A stretch of DNA of 64,000 bases from Bdellovibrionales bacterium (lineage in GTDB: Bacteria > Bdellovibrionota > Bdellovibrionia > Bdellovibrionales > Bdellovibrionaceae). The position numbers and the translations under genes are program-made. Below the pieces are notes generated by a model. The model was not told the DNA's origin. It saw nothing but the letters and a program-made list of their open reading frames with translations, and did no database searches. Shown piece after piece: positions 1 through 8,417 of the stretch (position 1 is the first letter of the stretch; every line of letters starts with the position of its first letter). The DNA lies in contig JANMPT010000117.1 in the NCBI GenBank assembly GCA_031370005.1, positions 1 through 64,000 on the forward strand, read 5' to 3'.

Positions 1-495
1 ACATCCCGTGGACATCGTAAAGAACAGCGACCGCTATCCGCAGGAAAGTGGATCCACCTGGTACTAAAATCAGAGCATGCAAAAGGGGCTTGGAGTTTTT
101 TGACTCCTACAAATTCAATTTACCTAGATCAAATCCTAAGAAAAAAAGCCGCGAAGTTTGGAGTTTTCATTGCTGAGATCGTCAATGTTGGAAACCACCT
201 TCATATCAAGTGCAGGTTTAAGTACCGCAAAGGCTTTCAGAATTTCTTGCGAGCCGTGACTTGCCTCATTGCCCGTAAAATCACTAAAGCCTATCGCGGG
301 AGCAAGCTCTCCACTCCCTTTTGGCAGGGCTTAGCCTTTACAAGGGTATTAAAAAGCTCTTTTGAAGAGATGCAGCTCAAAGGCTATTTTCAGGCCAATC
401 GCGAGCAAGCTGAGAAGGGTTATTCGGCTCGGCAAGACTATTTGGCTAGATTCAATCGCTGGGTTTATAGACTGCGGGTACAGGATTACTCCTGA
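1..495 (+). mobile_element. IS200/IS605-superfamily Y1 (HUH) transposase / REP-associated tyrosine transposase-like, 5'-partial
   Basis: Frame 1 is open from base 1 (TSRGHRKEQRPLSAGKWIHLVLKSEHAKGAWSFL...). It carries the HUH motif VGNHLHI, an FW..LAFTR motif and a candidate catalytic Tyr in GYFQAN. Confidence 0.75.
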
Positions 496-496
496 G

Positions 497-516
497 GCCT
501 AGCGGAAGAGCTAGGC
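497..516 (+). repeat. Hairpin GCCTAGC-ggaaga-GCTAGGC just downstream of the transposase
   Basis: Perfect 7-bp stem with a T-tract about 10 nt later; terminator or Y1-element end/REP hairpin. Confidence 0.5.
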
Positions 517-653
517 AGGTCTTCCTTTTTTTAAAAAAACGGAGAGGCGGTTAAAAGCCACCATGGCCGATCCCGCATGTGCACGTCTCAGAGTGAGAAT
601 TTTAATTCTGTGCCCTGATTTAACATTAAAATAGCTCTAACCATGTTAAAATT

Positions 654-2297
654 TTGAGCATGGGGTTATGGTTAAAAAATTTGCGGCTTGCTGCCAATTT
701 ATCGTTGATATTTTTAGTTGTTATCTCGTTGGGACAAGGGTGCACGGGCTCCAATACTTTATTTAAAACAGAAAACGGCAACCCAATAAACAATCTTACT
801 GCTTCAGAAGCTGGCAATGGCAGCACTTATGAAGGCAAACTTAGCTTTTTAAATATACAACCCGGATTTAAGTGTGAGGGCCAAATTGCTCCTAAATCTA
901 TGCTCTTTCGCAACGAAGAAAAAAAATGGTTTCTCACTGTTAACGAAAAACAAAAATGTGCTTCGGTATCGAGTCAGCCAGTTAATGATGTCAACTATAC
1001 AAATGGATATACAACGTTTTTCTATCACTCAGATGAGTACAATCTTGACTTGAAAGCGCCAAGCATTTCTCTTGGCCTGCCAAATTACCTGCAAAGCTTT
1101 AATGTTTCGGCTCTTGCGGATGTCAATAGCTCAGATGTCACGCCAGGCGATGGAATTTGCGCGAATTCTTTAGGCCAATGCTCACTAAAATCTGCGCTCG
1201 ACGAAGCCAATGCGACGCTTAATCGCCCGATTGTCATTGAGCTTTCGCCAGGAGTTTACAAATTGACCCAAACTCTTGAGACTAAGGCGAACTCTATTGT
1301 TGTCTTACATGGGTCTAGTGCGGCGACGACGACTCTCGACGGCCAGAACATGGCTTTAATTTTACTTACCTCCACTGGGAATGGATTTGGCACAACCGTG
1401 ATAAATGGGCTCAGTTTAGTAAATGGCAAAACTGCAAACGCATTCTCCGGAGCCGCCATTAGCAATTACGGATCACTGTCATTGAAAAATAGTATTTTTA
1501 CGAATAATCAATCCAGTAATGGCGCGGTTTACTCCGGGTTGTACGCTTTTCGAGGGGATCTCGTCGTAAGCAATTCACGCTTTGACAACAACAAGGGCGA
1601 AGGCCTCACAGTCTTTGGAGCACATAGCACTACAGTTTCGGGAAGTGAATTTACCAACAATATCGGCAATGCAGGTCTTTTCATACAAAATGGCGCCAAC
1701 AACGTGGTGGTCAAAAATTCTACATTCGCGTATAATGCTAGCGGTGGAATTTATATCTTTGAATGTCATGTGAAATGTGAATTTGAAAACAACACCATTG
1801 CTCATAATGGCGCTTTTGGCATGGGTGTTAACTACTCAACTACTTCACCAGTTACTGTTTTTGTTAAAAACTCAACTATTGTGCATAATGGGATGTCGGC
1901 AGCAAATGGTCAGAATATTTACTTCACATTATCTGGAGCAACTGCTCTTGCGACTCTTAACATCTCGAACTCAATTATTGATTCCGCCGGTAGTGGCAGA
2001 TCAAACTGCAGTTTTGGCGGCATTGCCTCTTCAAACACATTCATTTCAAACTCTATATTGGATGACTCCTCATGTTTTGCTGGACCGAGCAATATCTTTG
2101 CCAGCTCAAATTTATCGCCGCTGGCTAATAACGGCGGACCTACCCAAACCATGATGCCGTTGGTTGGTAGCCCAGCTATAGACGCTGGTGACAATCTCAC
2201 ATGTGCGCAAGGGCCTGACCAGCGAGGCTTCTCTCGCCCAGTAAATAAACTAGGCGGCGGAGCAATTTGCGATATCGGAGCTGTTGAGGTTCAATAG
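654..2297 (+). CDS. CSLREA-like / right-handed beta-helix / choice-of-anchor Q surface lipoprotein
   Basis: Lipobox LGQGC; DG.C...GQCSLKSALDEAN; Asn/Gly-rich beta-helix repeats; C-terminal LANNGGPTQT...SPAIDAG...DQRG...CDIGAVE. Confidence 0.8.
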   Translation: MSMGLWLKNLRLAANLSLIFLVVISLGQGCTGSNTLFKTENGNPINNLTASEAGNGSTYEGKLSFLNIQPGFKCEGQIAPKSMLFRNEEKKWFLTVNEKQKCASVSSQPVNDVNYTNGYTTFFYHSDEYNLDLKAPSISLGLPNYLQSFNVSALADVNSSDVTPGDGICANSLGQCSLKSALDEANATLNRPIVIELSPGVYKLTQTLETKANSIVVLHGSSAATTTLDGQNMALILLTSTGNGFGTTVINGLSLVNGKTANAFSGAAISNYGSLSLKNSIFTNNQSSNGAVYSGLYAFRGDLVVSNSRFDNNKGEGLTVFGAHSTTVSGSEFTNNIGNAGLFIQNGANNVVVKNSTFAYNASGGIYIFECHVKCEFENNTIAHNGAFGMGVNYSTTSPVTVFVKNSTIVHNGMSAANGQNIYFTLSGATALATLNISNSIIDSAGSGRSNCSFGGIASSNTFISNSILDDSSCFAGPSNIFASSNLSPLANNGGPTQTMMPLVGSPAIDAGDNLTCAQGPDQRGFSRPVNKLGGGAICDIGAVEVQ

Positions 2298-2301
2298 ATT
2301 T

Positions 2302-3777
2302 ATGATGTCTTCTGAATCCTGCCTGCAACTTCTTTCACAATGGGATCAAATGATTCGCACTGGTCATGCCACCCAAGTGCGGAAGAGTTTATCTCTCGTA
2401 AATATTAAACAAGTTCCACGAGTACACCTGATTGAATACGCGCAGATTGCCCGCCGATTGTGGCTTGGCAGTCTGATTATCCGCTGGCTACAGCCCGTCG
2501 TGCGAAGTTCAAAACCTCTTGAACAGCCCGCTACTGAAATGGAACTTGCCATCTACGCTCGGGGTTTAACTATGATGGGTGCCTTTCGCGAGGCTGGTGA
2601 AATATTCAAGAACCTCACCCATCCCAATAACCCACAAATATTCTTTTTCAAAGCCGCGTGGCATATCGATCAATGGCAATATAAGCAAGCCATGGCCCCA
2701 TTAAGAAAATGCATTCATAAGAGTCAAGATCAGTACCTGCGGGTGGTGGCCAAGGTGAACCTCTGTGCCTGCCTGGTCAGCGTTAATATGCATGAGAAAG
2801 CTAAAAAACAGATTGTTGATTTGTTAAAAAAATTACGAAAACGAAAATTGTATTTGCTTGAGGGAAATCTTTTAGAAATTTATGCTCAACTCTTATTGCA
2901 GAATAATGAGTTTGATAAAGCTGGTGAAATTTTAACAGAAGCCAAATCTTTACTCAAAGGAGCCGACAATAAAAGTCTATTCTTCGTTAAAAAATGGAAT
3001 TTTATTCGCAAAATAAAAAAAGGTGAGTTGCCGCCTCAAGCGCTTCGAGAGCTGCGTACCGAAGCGGCAGGCAATCAGGATTGGGAAAGCATAAGAGACT
3101 GTGATTTTCAAATGTCGATTATCTCTAATGATGAAAACTTAATTCGGCAGGTGTATTGGGGTTCCCGTTTTTCCGCATATAAGGAGCGTATCGAAAAAGC
3201 GGCAAAGATAAACTTAGGATCAGCGCCGAAGTTCATTTGGCCGAGCTTAACCAGCTTCGACGCTTTGACTAAATCGTCGTCGCCAAGCGTGCCAAGAATT
3301 GATCTCGTTGGCCTCGCGCCAACTCCCAAGCTAGCAAGACTTATGTTTATTTTGACACGGGAGTTTTATTCTCCCTTAAGACAGAATGAAATTATCGATT
3401 TTGTATACTCAACGGAGTACTTTCATCCCATATCCAGCCCGCAGAAATTTCATCGGCTTCTGGGGCGCGCACGCAAGTGGCTACAGACTTCTGGCTACGG
3501 AGTTGAGATAATTTCACACAGCAAAAACAGAATCTCGCTTCACCTCAATCAGCCCATGGAGCTCACTCTGTATCGGAAGTTGAGCATTGAGAGGTCAATT
3601 GAAATCCCCTTGACGCTTCAGCGCGTGTCGTATTTTACCGCCAGCCAGTGGGCTAAAGAAACCGGCACCTCTGAGCGCACAGCGCAGCGGCACCTGAAAA
3701 CACTATGTACTCGTGGGGTGCTAAGATCGCCCGCTAATGGAAAATACTTATTTTTGAAAAATCGTAAAAATCTATAA
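2302..3777 (+). CDS. TPR-like helical protein with C-terminal HTH, putative transcriptional regulator
   Basis: Helical repeats in the N-terminal part; C-terminal FTASQWAKETGTSERTAQRHLKTL...GVL is a winged HTH. ATG 2302 preferred over TTG 2284. Confidence 0.6.
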   Translation: MMSSESCLQLLSQWDQMIRTGHATQVRKSLSLVNIKQVPRVHLIEYAQIARRLWLGSLIIRWLQPVVRSSKPLEQPATEMELAIYARGLTMMGAFREAGEIFKNLTHPNNPQIFFFKAAWHIDQWQYKQAMAPLRKCIHKSQDQYLRVVAKVNLCACLVSVNMHEKAKKQIVDLLKKLRKRKLYLLEGNLLEIYAQLLLQNNEFDKAGEILTEAKSLLKGADNKSLFFVKKWNFIRKIKKGELPPQALRELRTEAAGNQDWESIRDCDFQMSIISNDENLIRQVYWGSRFSAYKERIEKAAKINLGSAPKFIWPSLTSFDALTKSSSPSVPRIDLVGLAPTPKLARLMFILTREFYSPLRQNEIIDFVYSTEYFHPISSPQKFHRLLGRARKWLQTSGYGVEIISHSKNRISLHLNQPMELTLYRKLSIERSIEIPLTLQRVSYFTASQWAKETGTSERTAQRHLKTLCTRGVLRSPANGKYLFLKNRKNL

Positions 3778-3872
3778 TTATACGCAATTACTAATTATTT
3801 CACAAAAAAACGACAAATAATGTCTATATATCATTAGCCGCCGTCTAGATATTCTATTATCAAGGGGGCAAG

Positions 3873-4949
3873 ATGATTTATAAAACACATGAAATCTCGC
3901 ATATCCAGCAAGAGCTTAAGTCGCAGCTACCAACAGTCATTCATCGAGACATGATCGAGCTAGCAATAAAAAGGACTCCATCAGGCAGCAACAGCAAACC
4001 ATTTATTTGGTCGTGGGATAACGACCTATTAAAGGTTAAGGCGCAAGATAGCATTGATCAGCACTACCTCAATCGCAATCGTCATGGTTCCGCATTAGCC
4101 ATGGGCTGTCTGATCGCCAGCGTCCGTCAAGCTGCACATCTGCAGAGCCAGATAATCACCACCCGCACTTATCTTGAGCAAGATGGCCTGGCCGTCGACA
4201 TTAGATTTAGTTTTAATTATGAGCTCTCATCCAAGCCGAATTTATTCCAAGAAATTTTGTTGAGAAACACCTATCGAGGAGTCTTTGCGTCGTGTGCCTT
4301 GCCCGATATAACAAAACAAGAGCTTATGAAAATATCAAATAGCTCAGCCCGGATTTCGGTCCTTGAGTCAAAAGAGGTCGGCACTAGCTTTCTTGCTTAT
4401 GTCGTAACTTGTGAAACCTATATGTGGAGGCAACTGCACGCAGCAAAAGCATTTTTATCGAGCGTGCGATTTTTTTCAAAAGAGAATACAGAGCAAATGA
4501 GTGGCATTCCATCATCACAACTGCCGATAAATTTTATGGAAAAACTAATGATGATTACCGCTAAAAATATTTCGCTAGTTGGACGTGTTTTGTTCCCGAG
4601 TTTGTTGTTTCAAATAATCGTGAAAGCTAAGGCCAAAGCTGCATTGAAAAATGCCCATTTTGTAATCGTATCTGTGAACCAAACAGATTGGCGCACATTG
4701 ATTGAGGCAGGGGACGCAATAATGAACGCGTGGCTGATAATAGAAAAAAATAACTATAAGGCGCAACCCTTGAGCTCGTCAACAATCCCAGTTTTGGATG
4801 CAAAAAACAACTGCCTGCCAGAGGATACAAATGAAAACTTTATTGAGTTATTTACAAAAACAGGACCGAGCATTTTAGCGAAAGAATTTTCTTTGCCTGG
4901 GCAAGAAGTTCCGGTGTGGATGTTGCGATTCGGAAAGGCCAGTTTATGA
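3873..4949 (+). CDS. Nitroreductase-fold (Acg/OxzB-type) FMN oxidoreductase
   Basis: RTPSGSNSKPF resembles APSxxNxQPW; RNTYRG; C-terminal AG.AIMNAWL...AQP...WMLRFG. Confidence 0.7.
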   Translation: MIYKTHEISHIQQELKSQLPTVIHRDMIELAIKRTPSGSNSKPFIWSWDNDLLKVKAQDSIDQHYLNRNRHGSALAMGCLIASVRQAAHLQSQIITTRTYLEQDGLAVDIRFSFNYELSSKPNLFQEILLRNTYRGVFASCALPDITKQELMKISNSSARISVLESKEVGTSFLAYVVTCETYMWRQLHAAKAFLSSVRFFSKENTEQMSGIPSSQLPINFMEKLMMITAKNISLVGRVLFPSLLFQIIVKAKAKAALKNAHFVIVSVNQTDWRTLIEAGDAIMNAWLIIEKNNYKAQPLSSSTIPVLDAKNNCLPEDTNENFIELFTKTGPSILAKEFSLPGQEVPVWMLRFGKASL

Positions 4950-6160
4950 AAAATATTTTACGTCTTCTGCCAATGCAGATACGAGATCATATTTATCGCA
5001 AGCAAGTTTCATCTCAGAATATAGAGGAGCGCGCTCAAGGAATCGAAGTAAAGCTTGCCACCACCCAATCCGAGCTGGAAAGCGCATACCGGCTACTACA
5101 TGACACGTATGTCGGGCAGGGGTTGATGGACTCCGTCCCATCTGGCTTAAGAATTAATATCTATTCAGCACTGCCGTACACCTCAGTGGTGGTTGCCAAA
5201 ATCGCTGGCCAAGTAGTGGGAACGGTTTCGCTGATTAAAGATTCACCCATCGGATTGCCATCAGATAAAGATTATCAAACTGAAAATAATCTTTATCGAC
5301 AAAAAAATCAGCGTTTAGTTGAGGTCTCGGCACTTGCTGTACATAATTCCTTTCGAAAAAATAAACGTGGTGGTTTAGTCAGCCTGTTATTAATGCGCTA
5401 CCTTTTTGAGTATACAGATAAGTACATGGGAGCCGATATGCTAGCGGCGGTGGTTCACCCGCGAGCTCAAGACTTTTATCGCGCCCTATTCAATTTTAAG
5501 CAAAACGGAGAAATTATTAAATACAAATTTGTTAAAGAGGCGTTAGCCATGCATCTAACCACTCGACTTAAAGAAGACGTTTACGAATGGACAAAGTCGC
5601 ATGCAAAAAACATTCACCATCTATTTATTGAAACACAGTTGCAACAAGTTATGATCTTACCAAAACGATGCAGTAGCCTGTCGCTTCACCCGGTCATGAC
5701 TGCAGAAATGTTAAAGTATTTCTTTTTAGAAAAAACAAATTTATTAAATACACTTAGCCGATACGAACTTGAGCTTATCAAAAGCGCCTATGAACTGCAT
5801 TTTTCTATAAACTTTATTGAGCTATTTCGTTTCGTCAAAGGTCAACGCTTTGGTTTTCGCTATCAGTCCAATCAGCGCTGCGCAATAAGCGTAGATGGCC
5901 GAAGTATTTTAGGAAAAATGTTTGATCTTTCAACAACCGGCGTATTTCTACAAGTTGATGAGATCATAAAGTCAGGGACTTTTGTTAACCTGCAACTTAT
6001 TATTAACGACAAACCTCATTCCATACCAGCTCAAGTAGTTCGGGTGAGATCATCATCCCAGGGAAATTATCCCGCCGGCATTGGCCTCAAGCTCTTGCAA
6101 AGTTCAGATAGTTTAACCTCGATGCTTAAAGACTCCCACCTAAACAGGGCGGTGGCATAA
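4946..6160 (+). CDS. N-acyl amino acid synthase (FeeM-type GNAT) fused to a C-terminal PilZ domain
   Basis: KLATTQSELESAYRLLHDTY, VGTVSL..DS..GLP, EVSALA, VHP....FY; PilZ motifs RFGFR and DLSTTG. ATGA overlap with the upstream stop. Confidence 0.8.
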   Translation: MKNILRLLPMQIRDHIYRKQVSSQNIEERAQGIEVKLATTQSELESAYRLLHDTYVGQGLMDSVPSGLRINIYSALPYTSVVVAKIAGQVVGTVSLIKDSPIGLPSDKDYQTENNLYRQKNQRLVEVSALAVHNSFRKNKRGGLVSLLLMRYLFEYTDKYMGADMLAAVVHPRAQDFYRALFNFKQNGEIIKYKFVKEALAMHLTTRLKEDVYEWTKSHAKNIHHLFIETQLQQVMILPKRCSSLSLHPVMTAEMLKYFFLEKTNLLNTLSRYELELIKSAYELHFSINFIELFRFVKGQRFGFRYQSNQRCAISVDGRSILGKMFDLSTTGVFLQVDEIIKSGTFVNLQLIINDKPHSIPAQVVRVRSSSQGNYPAGIGLKLLQSSDSLTSMLKDSHLNRAVA

Positions 6161-6215
6161 GCTAATTCATCTCTATTCAAATAAATTAACAAATTTAATC
6201 AATTCAGGGGGTAAA

Positions 6216-6875
6216 ATGACATCGACACCAAACCCAAGTGAAATAAAAGCAGTTTATCAAGCTCACGCGCCTCATCTTGAAATGATTTTTCAAAAGGCCA
6301 TGCAAGATATTTCGGTTCAGGCACAAAAAGATTTAAGCGAAAACATTGACTTAAGTAAGACAAAATTTCTTGTAGACGTTGGGGGTGGAAATGGCTCCAA
6401 TATTATTGCGCTGGCGAAAAAATTCCCGCATTTAAAGGCGGCTGTATTTGATTCGCCATCTGTGTGCAAAATTGCCGAAGCCAATATTGCAAAGCATGGA
6501 CTGTCTGAGCGCCTTTCGACAATCCCAGGCAATTGCTTGACTGATGAGTTCCCGGCCCAGGCGGATTGTTTGCTGTTTTGCCATTTTTTTACCATTTGGT
6601 CGAAAGAGCAAGATCAGTTGATATTAAAAAAAGCATTTCGAAGTCTCCCCTCTGGTGGGCGCGCGATGATCTTTAATATGATGCAAAACAATAATGAGGA
6701 TGGGCCACTGTCTGCAGCAATGGGATCGCCTTATTTTTTAACTATCGCAACGGGCACAGGGATGCTTTACACTTGGAACGAATACAAAGACATGTTTAAG
6801 GCCGCAGGATTCTCAAACATTGAAAGCGGGGAACTCCCTGTCGATCATGGTGTTATATGGGGGATTAAAGCTTGA
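6216..6875 (+). CDS. SAM-dependent O-methyltransferase (Methyltransf_2), lacking most of the N-terminal dimerisation domain
   Basis: VDVGGGNG motif I, FDSPSV, GNCLTDEFP, LFCHFF..WS, LPSGGR, AAGF; only 219 aa. Confidence 0.8.
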   Translation: MTSTPNPSEIKAVYQAHAPHLEMIFQKAMQDISVQAQKDLSENIDLSKTKFLVDVGGGNGSNIIALAKKFPHLKAAVFDSPSVCKIAEANIAKHGLSERLSTIPGNCLTDEFPAQADCLLFCHFFTIWSKEQDQLILKKAFRSLPSGGRAMIFNMMQNNNEDGPLSAAMGSPYFLTIATGTGMLYTWNEYKDMFKAAGFSNIESGELPVDHGVIWGIKA

Positions 6876-6879
6876 TGCT

Positions 6880-8349
6880 TCACTCAGCAGCAATCATGGT
6901 ATGCGTGATGTGCTGCTTGGGGCGTTCACTTTCATCCGTACGGATCATGGAAGGCGCAACATATTTACGATTTAGCACGGAGTTGCTTGGATTAAAGAGA
7001 GTGAGCACTACGTAGAAGTTCGCATTTCTTGGCAGCGGTAGCCAGTTTGAACGATTCGCCGGACTGGGTTTTTTACTCTGAACATAGATGTCCATAGACC
7101 CATCTTTATTGTATTTCAACTTGGCTGTTTTTTCATTGATAAGCGATACAGCACGAGGGAGTTGATCAAAACTCGAAGCCTTCATCTCGTGCGCTCGGAC
7201 TGACCACATTTTACGAGCTGGAGGGAAATCATTTTTGCTAAAGTGAAGAACATAAGGATAAAGGCTGGTCAGTTGACGGGCCTCACTGTCGACATCCAAG
7301 GACAATTGCAAGCTCTCTTCAGGAGGAGAAGAGAACAAAGACCGCTGCGAGGTTGATGCTCTTAAAAGATAATCCTCATTAAATGGAGAAAATTTTGGCT
7401 CATAGCTCCAGTTATTAATTTTTGCTCCAAATCCTAAGGCAAGACGACCTTGAATTTCTCTTTCGCCGTCAAACATTCCGCGCTCCAGCCTTTTTCTGTT
7501 TTCCGGATTGGAATTCAACTTAATAAACTCAGCTTTGTCATTGAGGCCGATGGCATTAAATCGCTTGGCCTCTATGGCTTCTGCCCTTGTTGGAGGTGGG
7601 TTTTTTATTACGATTCGACTTAGTTCCTGATAAAATTTCAGACCGCCGGCGGCAAGGTTTTTATTAATATTTAAGGGCACGTCTGGATATATTCTTTGAA
7701 CAGAATCTGCTTGAACGGCTGAGTTCCAGCTTGAAAGGGGAATTAGTTCATGTTGTGTCGCCAGTTTGGCGGATGTAGGGGTAAGTTGGGCAGATCCCAA
7801 GAAAGTCTGAGCAAGGATTAAGGCTTCTGGCGTTGGAGCGCGGATCTGAATTGTATTTGCTGGCAAATCCCCTTTCCATCCAGGGGCAGTGATTACAAAA
7901 ATGTTTGCTTTCTCGCCTTGAGTAACATTACTGATAGTGTAAAAGACATTCGAGTACGCATCTACAAACTGTACAGAATAAAAACGATCGTCCATTTGTG
8001 GATGGGCCATTACAAGCGGCTCTTTGCTAAGATCAATCCATGCCCAACTATATAGATTCTCTGGATTGACTGGGGTAAGTTGTTCCAAAAAACGAGCGGA
8101 AGTTTTTTTTGAATTGATAAAATGGTTCACAGAGTTTTTTGATTCTTTGGTTTTCTCAAGCATGGATTCTCGGGCGTGGGCCATGAGGACCGCCGGATAA
8201 CCCCATATATAGGCATCGCGGCTGATTTCTTCAATGCTGTCTTTTTTCTTGCCGCTAGCGGCATTCACAGATAAAGAGCCGAACAACAAAGAGCCAATAG
8301 TAAGAAGAATGAGTGATTTCACAAGGCCCTCCATGGACACAAGGTCCAC
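6880..8349 (-). CDS. DUF1254/DUF1214 periplasmic protein
   Basis: AYIWGYPAV, LYSWAWIDLSKEP, RFYSVQFVDAY, DGSMDIYVQ, NWLP; signal peptide. True start may be GTG at about 8322. Confidence 0.85.
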   Translation of the reverse strand: MDLVSMEGLVKSLILLTIGSLLFGSLSVNAASGKKKDSIEEISRDAYIWGYPAVLMAHARESMLEKTKESKNSVNHFINSKKTSARFLEQLTPVNPENLYSWAWIDLSKEPLVMAHPQMDDRFYSVQFVDAYSNVFYTISNVTQGEKANIFVITAPGWKGDLPANTIQIRAPTPEALILAQTFLGSAQLTPTSAKLATQHELIPLSSWNSAVQADSVQRIYPDVPLNINKNLAAGGLKFYQELSRIVIKNPPPTRAEAIEAKRFNAIGLNDKAEFIKLNSNPENRKRLERGMFDGEREIQGRLALGFGAKINNWSYEPKFSPFNEDYLLRASTSQRSLFSSPPEESLQLSLDVDSEARQLTSLYPYVLHFSKNDFPPARKMWSVRAHEMKASSFDQLPRAVSLINEKTAKLKYNKDGSMDIYVQSKKPSPANRSNWLPLPRNANFYVVLTLFNPSNSVLNRKYVAPSMIRTDESERPKQHITHTMIAAE

Positions 8350-8417
8350 TTCAGATTCTATTTAATTGCTGAGAAGAAAGGCTTCAGATCATAAGAAGTT
8401 TTCGTCAAGCAATCAGC

